Shown here one piece after another: positions 37,422 through 46,500 of a stretch of DNA of 64,000 nt. The stretch spans positions 84,963 through 148,962 of the forward strand of contig JAGVDM010000001.1 of assembly GCA_020058765.1 (NCBI GenBank), read 5' to 3'. The first letter of the stretch is position 1. Each line of letters opens with the position of its first letter. The notes beneath the pieces were generated by a model that saw nothing but the letters and a program-made list of their open reading frames with translations, was not told the DNA's origin and searched no databases. The position numbers were made by a program, and so were the translations under genes. Source of the DNA: Candidatus Peribacterales bacterium. Lineage in GTDB: Bacteria > Patescibacteriota > Gracilibacteria > Peribacterales > Peribacteraceae.

Positions 37422-38489
37422 TTAACAAACCTTCTCTTGGGCCAGATGACACTGATAGAACTCCTGGTCATCGAGCACGCCGTCACCGTCGCTATCCACA
37501 TTGAGCGGATCGGTTTCTTCGTCGTCCACAATGCCGTTGAGGTTTTTATCCTCCCAGAAGATCTTGTTTACGAAGTTTGGCACATAGTCCTTTGGTGCGC
37601 TGTACTGCGTGCGGATGCTGTAATCCACCAAGCAGTAGCCATCACAGAGACCATCACGATCAGTGTCCCACGATACCGGCGAGGTTTCGCCCGGATCCAG
37701 GCGACCGTTCTTGTTCTTATCTTCAATGCTATCAATAATTCCGTCGCCATCTGTATCGCGACGTACAGGACTCGTGCCCTGGCCGAAATATTCCACACCA
37801 TCAAGGATACCGTCATCGTCGCTATCGCTGTCGTAGTTGAGCGTGCCGAGCTCCTGCTCCAGCTTGGTATTGAGACCATCTCTATCCTCATCTACGCCAA
37901 TAGGCAGTACCTCTTCTGTCATCAAGTAACACGTGTCGCCTGCGCGGAACACTTCCTTCTGGTGACGGATCTTGCCACGAACGCTTTCGGCTTCATTCAG
38001 AATATCTTCGGTGTAGCTACGAAGCGTTGTAAATTCGCTGCGTCGCTCGTCCTGAAGTTTCTTTTGAATATTCGTTTGTTCCAATTCCGAGAGGAACACG
38101 TACCCCGGCAGAATGCCGATCTTCTTTTTTAAATCCTCTTCCTTAAAACTATCAGGGAAGCAGTAGCCCCAGTAACGCACGGTGCGCCCCTTGTCGCCAA
38201 AGAGTGTTTTGCGCGTGACGTTCTGCATGTCATAGGGCATGTGGAAGATCACGTTCACATGTGGCGGAACGCTCGCACCTTTTGTGATGTCCTCCGCCTT
38301 GATTGTCTTCCAAAGCACCTGTCCGCGCATATGTGCGGGCAAGAGGCGTGCTGCTAGCTCCTCATTGAGTCCATCGTCATGCGATCCCGTGGCGCCATAT
38401 GCCATGAGCGCAACGAAGGCAGTGCCTGTGCAGACAGTAAGCCATGCACATACGTGTCGCATGCGGTGCTGTATCCGATTCGCAGACAT
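37422..38489 (-). CDS. Membrane-anchored protein with TSP3-like Ca-binding repeats
   Basis: N-terminal TM; repeated D-x-D/N-x-D/N-G motifs (DEDRDG, DSDDDG, DTDGDG, DKNKNG, DTDRDG, DKNLNG, DSDGDG). Confidence 0.8.
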   Translation of the reverse strand: MSANRIQHRMRHVCAWLTVCTGTAFVALMAYGATGSHDDGLNEELAARLLPAHMRGQVLWKTIKAEDITKGASVPPHVNVIFHMPYDMQNVTRKTLFGDKGRTVRYWGYCFPDSFKEEDLKKKIGILPGYVFLSELEQTNIQKKLQDERRSEFTTLRSYTEDILNEAESVRGKIRHQKEVFRAGDTCYLMTEEVLPIGVDEDRDGLNTKLEQELGTLNYDSDSDDDGILDGVEYFGQGTSPVRRDTDGDGIIDSIEDKNKNGRLDPGETSPVSWDTDRDGLCDGYCLVDYSIRTQYSAPKDYVPNFVNKIFWEDKNLNGIVDDEETDPLNVDSDGDGVLDDQEFYQCHLAQEKVC

Positions 38490-38599
38490 CAGGATATTGT
38501 ACCAAAAAACGCCTTCCGGCGCCAGATGGGTAATACGGCCAGTTTCCGTGTTTTTCTCCCCGCTGTGGGTAGAGTTCGGTATCATTTCTCCGCAAACGT

Positions 38600-39679
38600 A
38601 TGCCAAAGGATTACTACGACATTCTGGGCGTGGAACGTGGTGCGTCTCAAGACGACATTAAACGTGCGTATCGCAAACTCAGCAAAGAGCTGCATCCCGA
38701 TAAACACAAAGGTGAAAAGGAGTCAGAGCAACGCTACAAAGAGGTGAATGAGGCATACGAAACGCTCAACAACCCCAAGAAGCGCCAAGCGTACGACCAA
38801 TTTGGACATGCAGGTACAAATGGTGGCGCTGGGGGGTTCCAGGGTTTCGGTGGATTCCAAGGATTCAATCCCGAGGATGTGGGTGGATTTTCGGATCTGT
38901 TCGAAAGCTTCTTTGGCGGGAGTCGCGGTGGCGGTGTTCCGCGCCAGGAGCGCGGACGCGATTTGGAAATTGAAATCTCAATTTCCTTTGTTGAAGCAGT
39001 ACAAGGTGTGGAGCGACCAATCACTTTACGGCGCCAGCGGACATGCACAACGTGCAAAGGCAGTGGCGCCAAAGAGGGGACATCCACCAAAAAATGCGAC
39101 ACCTGCGGAGGCACCGGTCAAACGGTACGCACCGTACAATCATTCTTCGGGAGCATTCAGCAAACAGCTATCTGTGGCACGTGCCGAGGTAGCGGCAAGG
39201 TGCCAGAAACACCGTGCTCAACATGCAAAGGTGAGGGTCGCACAGAGGAGAAGTCCACAGTGACCGTTGCGGTTCCTGCAGGTATTCATGATGGGCAAAC
39301 GCTACGCGTGCGCGGCGAAGGTGAAGCAGGTCGCCAGGGCACACAGAGCGGAGATCTCTTCGTGCGGATTCGCATCGAGCCGGATTCCCGATTCTCTCGC
39401 GACGGCGATGATATTTATTCCAATATTACGATTCCCGTCGTGGATGCCATCCTTGGTGCAGAGCACGAAGTGGAGAGCGTTCTCGGCTCAGTGACACTCA
39501 AAATCCCGGAAGGCACGCAGTCTGGCCAAGTGTTCCGCATTCGCGGAAAAGGGATGCCTGTGGTCGGCGCGTCCAGCAGATTCGGCGATCACTTTGTGAC
39601 AGTGAATGTGGATATCCCTCGTAAGCTCAGCAAAAAAGAGCGCCAGCTCATCGAAGAATGGAAGACCCTGCAATCCTGA
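38600..39679 (+). CDS. dnaJ: Chaperone DnaJ
   Basis: J domain with HPD, G/F-rich region, four CxxCxGxG motifs. Confidence 0.98.
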   Translation: MPKDYYDILGVERGASQDDIKRAYRKLSKELHPDKHKGEKESEQRYKEVNEAYETLNNPKKRQAYDQFGHAGTNGGAGGFQGFGGFQGFNPEDVGGFSDLFESFFGGSRGGGVPRQERGRDLEIEISISFVEAVQGVERPITLRRQRTCTTCKGSGAKEGTSTKKCDTCGGTGQTVRTVQSFFGSIQQTAICGTCRGSGKVPETPCSTCKGEGRTEEKSTVTVAVPAGIHDGQTLRVRGEGEAGRQGTQSGDLFVRIRIEPDSRFSRDGDDIYSNITIPVVDAILGAEHEVESVLGSVTLKIPEGTQSGQVFRIRGKGMPVVGASSRFGDHFVTVNVDIPRKLSKKERQLIEEWKTLQS

Positions 39680-40240
39680 TCACACATCCAGATTGCCCAA
39701 GTCGTCGTCTTCGCTGGGTGCTGCCATCACCGGCGACAGCTCTTCTCCATCGGGTCGGCCGCCTGTAACCGCGACACCCTCTTTGAGCTGCAGCACCACT
39801 TGCCGGTAGTCACCCTGACCAGTGCTCATGGTGGTGAGATCCTGTAGGTCTGGGTGGCTTGCAACGTGCAAGTGCACAACGCGACGGAAGTATGGGCTCA
39901 TTGGTTGGAGCGCTACACGGTTGCCCGTTTTTCGTACGAATTCTGCTTTCCGTTCGGCGGCCTTGCGTACCTTCTCCTCCTGATCGCGGCGATATCCATC
40001 GACATCCAATACTAAGAACGGACTGGCTTCCGCACCGTCTTTGCTGCGCACAATCGCCTTGAGCAGGTGCTGCACAGAATTGAGCGTTTCCCCATGCCAT
40101 CCGATTAACTTACTTGGAATCGACGACACGATGTCGATGCGCTGGAATCCGTCACCCTCGGACATGCTAATGCTATCGAAGGGCAGGTTGAGCCGAGTGA
40201 GCAGTCCCTCCAAGATTTCTTTGATAAGAGTCTGATTCAT
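39680..40240 (-). CDS. Jag/KhpB (EloR)-like KH + R3H RNA-binding protein lacking the Jag_N domain
   Basis: LIGWHGETLNSVQHL, DVDGYRR, PMSPYFRRVVH (R3H). Confidence 0.88.
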   Translation of the reverse strand: MNQTLIKEILEGLLTRLNLPFDSISMSEGDGFQRIDIVSSIPSKLIGWHGETLNSVQHLLKAIVRSKDGAEASPFLVLDVDGYRRDQEEKVRKAAERKAEFVRKTGNRVALQPMSPYFRRVVHLHVASHPDLQDLTTMSTGQGDYRQVVLQLKEGVAVTGGRPDGEELSPVMAAPSEDDDLGNLDV

Positions 40241-40277
40241 ACAGGCGCCAGAATAGCGGGCGCTCGTCGCGTTGCAA

Positions 40278-40331
40278 ACATTCGCTCGATGACACAACAA
40301 AAGAAGCCTCCGTTGTTACGGAGGCTTCTTG
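40278..40331 (-). terminator. Intrinsic terminator downstream of HU
   Basis: AAGAAGCCTCCGT-TGTT-ACGGAGGCTTCTT inverted repeat with flanking A/T runs. Confidence 0.85.
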
Positions 40332-40352
40332 ATTGTCAGAGGAAAACGCCGA

Positions 40353-40628
40353 CTACCGAACAGCGTCCTTGAGCGTCTTACCAGCCTTGAAGGTTGGAAC
40401 CTTCATTGCTGGGATAGAGATGCGCTGGCTTGGGTTGCGTGGGTTCACACCCTGGCGAGCTGCGCGCTTGGAAACCTTGAATGTACCAAAACCAGTAACC
40501 GTGACGGACTTGCCGCCCTTCAGGTTCTTGGTGATGTACGCAATGAATGCCTCGAGAGAATCACCAGCTGCGCGCTTAGTGATACCAGCTGCATCCGCGA
40601 TTGCGTTGATGAGATCCTGCTTGGACAT
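40353..40628 (-). CDS. hup: DNA-binding protein HU
   Basis: MSKQDLINAIA, GFGTF, RAARQGVNP, PTFKAGKTLKDAV. Confidence 0.96.
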   Translation of the reverse strand: MSKQDLINAIADAAGITKRAAGDSLEAFIAYITKNLKGGKSVTVTGFGTFKVSKRAARQGVNPRNPSQRISIPAMKVPTFKAGKTLKDAVR

Positions 40629-40735
40629 AACGGAGTGGGGTAAGAAGTAAGCCACGCCTAGTCTATGCTCACTTTTCGCATCATCAAGCGGAGAATCGCC
40701 GATTGATGCCCAATTTTTGGCTTGCGATCGTCAAG

Positions 40736-40753
40736 TTGGCTTTTCAAAGCCAA
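40736..40753. promoter_or_regulatory. Palindromic site TTGGCT-N6-AGCCAA (copy 2)
   Basis: Lies in the divergent HU/topA intergenic region; an extra TTTTGGCTT half-site at about 40715-40723. Confidence 0.45.
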
Positions 40754-40895
40754 AAATGGTGATCAAGAAAGATACTCACACACAGGGATAAAACATGGTA
40801 TTTCGCCCTTTTTTGGGCTGCTGTGACCTCATTTTCCCGCTTGAAACGCCTTTTCGCTTTACAGCAGAGGCATGGACTCTCTAGGCTCGGTGGCC

Positions 40896-43292
40896 GTGGC
40901 AACACACCTTGTTATTGTCGAGAGCCCAACGAAAGCGAAGACCATTAAACGCTTCCTTGGGAAGGATTACGTCGTGCAGGCGAGCATGGGTCATGTGCGC
41001 GATCTGCCCAAGTCCACGCTTGGTGTAGATACCGACGGCAAATTCGAACCGACCTACGAAGTACCCGACGACAAGAAGACCACAGTGAAGCACTTGAAGG
41101 ATGCGCTCAAAGAAGCAGATACTCTCTGGATCGCAACAGACGAAGACCGCGAAGGAGAGGCAATCGGTTGGCACCTCATTGAAGTGCTCAAGCCTAAAGG
41201 CAAAGAGGTAAAGCGCATCGTCTTCCACGAGATCACGGAGTCTGCATTAAAGGAAGCAATCGCCAGCCCGCGAGATATCGATATGCGCCTCGTGGATGCG
41301 CAACAGGCGCGCCGTGTACTCGATCGTCTGGTTGGGTACACACTTTCGCCATTCCTGTGGAAGAAGGTCTACCGCGGTTTGTCCGCTGGTCGTGTGCAAT
41401 CCGTCGCCGTGCGCATCATTGTGGATCGCGAGCGCGAGATTCAGGCGTTCATCCCCGAGGAGTACTGGACGATCACGGCGAATTTGCAGACCGAAAAACA
41501 GGAAGACTTCACTGCCGAACTCCGCGCGAAGAACGGCGAGAAGTTCGTGCCAACGAATGAGGCCGAATCTGCGCAGGTGCTTGCAGATCTGCAGGGCGCA
41601 ACGTACGCGGTGAGCGAAGTGGAGGAGAAGGAAGTGCGCCGAACAGCGCCACCCCCATTTACCACATCCACTCTCCAGCAAGAAGCTGGTCGCAAGCTTG
41701 GCTTCTCGGTGAAGCAAACAATGATGGTGGCGCAGCAGCTCTACGAAGGTATCGACATTGGTCACGGCCAAGGCCCCACAGGTCTCATTACCTACATGCG
41801 TACCGACTCGGTGAATTTGAGCACCAAGGCACTCGCCGATGCAAAAACGACCATCGAAAAACTCTACGGTCGTGAATACATCCTCACAGAAGCGCGCACC
41901 TACAAAACCAAGAGCAAGGGGGCACAGGAGGCGCACGAAGCCATTCGCCCAACCGAGATTGAGCGCACACCAGAGTCCCTCAAGGACGTGCTCGATACGC
42001 AGCAACTCAAGCTCTACACACTCATCTGGAACCGCACTATCGCCACGCAGATGCCTGCCGCAGAGCTCAAGCGCGTGGGTGTAGATATTACTGCCGCAAC
42101 GTACACATTCCGCGCGACTGGTCAGACTGTTACGTTCGACGGGTACCTGCGCGTGTACTCCGAGGGAACCGACGAACCGGAAGATGATCGTCGTGAAGGT
42201 GCAGAGGGTGACAACGAGAAGTATCTGCCACAACTCGCAGAAGGTCAGCCGCTCGTGTGCGAGAAGATCGATCCGGTGCAGCACTTCACCAAACCGCCAC
42301 CACGGTACACAGAAGCAAGCCTCGTAAAAAAACTTGAGGAAGAGGGCATCGGCCGCCCAAGCACCTATGCACCAACAATCAGCACTGTGCAGGCACGCGG
42401 CTACATTCGCAAAGAAGGGAAGCAGCTCATCCCCGAGGATATCGCCTTCCGTGTTACAGACATTCTTGCGGAGCACTTTAGCGACGTTGTGGATCTTGCG
42501 TTCACTGCGCGCATGGAAGAATCACTCGATGAAATTGCAGAGGGCAGCACACAGAGCGAAGTGTTCCTGAAAGGTTTCTACGGTCCGTTCAGCAAACTTG
42601 TTTCTGCCAAAACAGAAGTGCTCACCAAGGCAGATGTCATGAAAGAACGCATTCTGGGTGATGATCCCAAAACTGGCCTCGTAGTGATCGCCAAGTCGGG
42701 TCGTTTTGGCCCGTACGTACAGCTCGGCCCTACAGAACCAAAAGAGAAAGTGGAGAAGAAGTCACGAGCGAAGAAGGGCGAGAAGAAGGCAGAGAAAGCA
42801 CCAAAGAGCGACAAACCTAAGCAGCGATCCGCATCGCTCCCCAAGGGTCGCACCACCGAGGACATTACGCTCGAAGAGGCACTCGCACTGCTCGCCTTTC
42901 CCAAGGAGATCGGCGCGCTCAATGGCGAAACAGTAGTGGTTGCCTTGGGTCGATTCGGCCCGTACTTGAAGATCGGTGAGAAGAACGTGTCTATCCCCAA
43001 AGATGTCGACCCCACGACTGTGACGATCGACAATGCAGAGGAATTCCGCAAGAACGCCGAGGAGATGAAGCGCAAACAGAACGAGCCACTCAAGGTTTTC
43101 GGCAAGGATCCTACGAGTGGTGGAGAGATCCAATTGAAAGACGGTCGCTATGGTCCATACGTCACCGATGGTGAAACAAACGCGTCACTCCCCAAAGCCT
43201 ACGACCCCGATACGCTCACAGAAGCGCAGGCGGTGGAGATCTTGGTAAAGAAGCGCGCCGCCCCCAAGCGGAAATGGCGAGGAAAGAAATAG
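40896..43292 (+). CDS. topA: DNA topoisomerase I
   Basis: VIVESPTKAK, ATDEDREGE, SAGRVQS, ITYMRTD, GIGRPSTY; C-terminal GRF/YGPY repeats; GTG start after TAGGCT. Confidence 0.98.
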   Translation: MATHLVIVESPTKAKTIKRFLGKDYVVQASMGHVRDLPKSTLGVDTDGKFEPTYEVPDDKKTTVKHLKDALKEADTLWIATDEDREGEAIGWHLIEVLKPKGKEVKRIVFHEITESALKEAIASPRDIDMRLVDAQQARRVLDRLVGYTLSPFLWKKVYRGLSAGRVQSVAVRIIVDREREIQAFIPEEYWTITANLQTEKQEDFTAELRAKNGEKFVPTNEAESAQVLADLQGATYAVSEVEEKEVRRTAPPPFTTSTLQQEAGRKLGFSVKQTMMVAQQLYEGIDIGHGQGPTGLITYMRTDSVNLSTKALADAKTTIEKLYGREYILTEARTYKTKSKGAQEAHEAIRPTEIERTPESLKDVLDTQQLKLYTLIWNRTIATQMPAAELKRVGVDITAATYTFRATGQTVTFDGYLRVYSEGTDEPEDDRREGAEGDNEKYLPQLAEGQPLVCEKIDPVQHFTKPPPRYTEASLVKKLEEEGIGRPSTYAPTISTVQARGYIRKEGKQLIPEDIAFRVTDILAEHFSDVVDLAFTARMEESLDEIAEGSTQSEVFLKGFYGPFSKLVSAKTEVLTKADVMKERILGDDPKTGLVVIAKSGRFGPYVQLGPTEPKEKVEKKSRAKKGEKKAEKAPKSDKPKQRSASLPKGRTTEDITLEEALALLAFPKEIGALNGETVVVALGRFGPYLKIGEKNVSIPKDVDPTTVTIDNAEEFRKNAEEMKRKQNEPLKVFGKDPTSGGEIQLKDGRYGPYVTDGETNASLPKAYDPDTLTEAQAVEILVKKRAAPKRKWRGKK

Positions 43293-43362
43293 TATTTCCG
43301 TGTTCCGGATTCCGGCGGTTCCACGGTAAGATGATTCCGGTCTCGGTGTTCTTTTGTTCCGT

Positions 43363-43438
43363 AGGCGCTTAGCTCAGTCGGTAGAGCGTCGGTCTCCAAA
43401 ACCGAAGGTCGTAGGTTCGATCCCTACAGCGCCTGCCA
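43363..43438 (+). tRNA. tRNA-Trp (CCA)
   Basis: AGGCGCT acceptor stem, TCGGT-CTCCAAA-ACCGA anticodon arm, GGTTCGATCC T-arm, encoded CCA. Confidence 0.96.
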
Positions 43439-43500
43439 AATCAAAATATACAAGCATCGATCCCCTAGTTGCCCCACACATTCCGGCGCATACTTGGCGT

Positions 43501-46500
43501 ATGCCCACTTTCCCAACAGTCATTAAATCCCCCGTTGTTCTTGCTGGAATCGTTGTCGCTGCCGCGCTTGCGGTGAGCGTGGGTCTCTGGCAATTGCTTG
43601 CACCATCGCAATCACCACAGCAGGCAGCGCTATTCCAGCCATCCGCACAGTACCAGCGGATTGGCGAAGGCACGCCGCTTGCCATGCAGTTTACGGTGCC
43701 TATGCGCCAAGAAAGCGTGGAGCAGCATCTCACTATCGAGCCAACAGTGGAGGGGTCAGTGGAGTGGACGGATGACCGAACAGTGACATTCCGCCCGGCT
43801 GCACCGCTTGCAATGAGCGGTACGTATACCGTCACCGTGGCGCCACTGGCGCAACGCAAAGACGGCGCAGTACTGGGTGCATCTATGACAACAAAGTTTC
43901 TCGTTGCCGGAGCACCGCGCGTAAGTCAGTCCATTCCGCCACCAGAATCGCAAAATGTATCTCCCATGCAGCCGGTGACGATCATCTTCGATCGACCGAT
44001 GGCGGCATTAACTACCCTCACCGAACAGGGGAATCAATTCGCTGATTGGCCAGTAACAATCACACCGCCAGTCGCTGGTACATGGAAGTGGCTAAGCACC
44101 ACAACAGCGGAGTTCACTCCTGCGGATGACTTTGCTCCTGGCACGTCATACCGCGTGCAAGTGCCCGCTGGTATTTCTACGGTGCGTGGCGAACGAACTA
44201 CAGAGGAATTTATGTGGAACTTCACTACGTCACGCCCCGCAGTGGAAACGAGCGAACCACCAGATGGTTTTGAGGGCAGCGGCCCTGAAACCGAGATAGT
44301 GCTTCACTTCAATCAAGAGATCGATCTGCAGAGTGTTTTGGCGCACACACGCCTACTGCTTTCCGTACAAGGTCGTCGATTGCATGATGATGAACTGGGC
44401 GCTGCACGCGAAGCGAATCCATCTGCAGATATTGCCGTTCCTGTTGCCTTTAAAGCCGTGTATGGCCAACGCGAAGAGGACAGTGGAACAGTGACCGATA
44501 CGTCATCTGTTGTGCTTATTCCTACCGCACCACTCGCATTCGACAGTTGGTACACAGTCATCGTGGATGACGGTGTCATGAGCCCCGGCGGCACGCTCGG
44601 CAGCGAAGCGCCGTTCACCATGCAGTTTCGCACAGCAGGTGCTATGCGTATGAATGCTGTTCGGCAAGAATACGGCTCGCTCGTATTCGATTTCAGTAAT
44701 CCATACGATGCGAAGACGGTGAAAAATGCGATCACTATCGCACCCAAGCCAGCAGATTGGGATGACCTTACAGTGGAGGAAAACTTCTGGGATTCCACCA
44801 GCTTGTACCTGTATCCCACATTGGATCCAAGTACGGAATACACCATCAACGTGACTGCTGCTCTGAAGGATTCGTTCGGGCAAGCGCTCCAGAATCCCGG
44901 GGAGAAATTTACCTTTACGACATCGGCAATCGAGCCACGTGTCTTTATACATTCAAACGGTGACTTTGGTGTGTTCGAACGGGATCTGCCACCAGTGCAC
45001 TACATCAATGCTGTGAACGTGGATCACATTGATGTGGCATTCGCACAATTGTCCCTCGAGGAGTTCCTGCAGATGCAACGACAGAAATATGCCGATTGGT
45101 CGTTTGCCCCTGCATTGCAAGATCATGCCATGCATCGCGCATGGAAGTTCCCCGTCACAACGCCCAAAAACGAATGGCAAGTTGTGACTTTGGATCTGGA
45201 AAAAGAACTTGGCCAATCACTGCCTTCCGGCATATACGCACTCACAGCTACTGCGCCTGAATATCATCAATATTACGAGGCTCGGCAGAAGATCGAAGTG
45301 AATTATTTCACGATCAGTAGTACTTCACTCACGCTCAAGTACAGCGGAAACCAGGCATTGGTATGGGCGGTAGACATGAAGACGGGTGCACCGATTGCAG
45401 ATGCAGAAATCACGCTGCATGACTTAAACGGTCAGGCTGTGGTGAGTGGTCGTACTGATAGCGAAGGATTCTTTCAAACAGAGATCAATGCTGCTGCATT
45501 CGCAGTGGACGGCAATACATGGAACCCCGAAATTTGGGTGACAGCACGTACAGCTACAGACTTCGCATTCGTAGGGAGCAGCTGGAATAGCGGCATGTAC
45601 CCAAGCGACTTCGGCATGAGTGAAAACTGGCAGCCGGAGGGCGGAAAGAACGAAATGTACAGCCACCTGTATACCGATCGTCCTATTTATCGCACCGGGG
45701 ATACGGTGCACTTCAAGGGCATTGTGCGCCTCAAAGATGATCGCGGCGTACTCTCTGCCCCTGCGCAGGGGCGCAGTATCCGCGTGCGTATCGACGACGC
45801 GGAGGGGAACACAGTCTTCAGTCAAACACTGCCGATTTCTGCATTCGGGAGCTTCAATGGCAGCATGCCGATTGATACAAAGGCGGGGCTCGGTACGTAC
45901 TGGATGAATGCGGAGTTCGAAGACAGCAGTGACCTCGTATACAACTGGGCTTCCGCGAGCTTCGAAGTCCTCGCGTATCGCAAACCGGAATTCCGCGTAG
46001 ACGTGAATTTTGATACAGAGGAAGCATTCGGTGGGGGCACCATTGGTGCGACCATTGAGGGCGCGTACTACTTCGGCATGCCGATGGATGATGCAACGGT
46101 GCAGTGGCGTGCAATGACCACTGACTACTACTTCAATCGTTACACCGATGGCTGGTACTCCTTCAGCTTGGAGGATTCGTGGTGTTGGTACGACTGCGAG
46201 CGAGAGAGCGAGCCGCTTGCCGATGGTGAGGGGACGCTCGATGACACTGGGAAGTTCCATGTGAAGATCCCCGTTGACCTTACCGAAGAGGCGTTGAGCC
46301 AAGTGCTCTCGCTGGATGTGGATATTACAGATGCCAGCAATCAGGTGGTGAGCACCCGCGCATCCATCCCAGTACATAAGGCAGATGTATACGTAGGTAT
46401 TCGTCCGGAAGACTACGTAGTGCAGCCTGGTGAAGAAGCGAGCGTTGGCCTGGTTACTGTGATGCCCGATGGCACGCCAAAGCCCAACCAACGTGTGGAA

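Noticed and set aside
38490-38599. CIRCE/HrcA site before dnaJ, or LexA box before uvrB
   Set aside because: No TTAGCACTC-N9-GAGTGCTAA before dnaJ or hsp20, and no GAAC-N4-GTTC or CTGT-N8-ACAG before uvrB
14872-43438. Alternative genetic code 25 (UGA=Gly) as in Gracilibacteria/Absconditabacteria
   Set aside because: metK, the LivH-like gene and dnaJ end in TGA at their expected C-termini, and conserved genes are uninterrupted in code 11
43354-43500. ORF-track N-terminal extension of alpha-2-macroglobulin
   Set aside because: Overlaps tRNA-Trp; ATG 43501 has its own -10 box and gives a proper N-terminal TM
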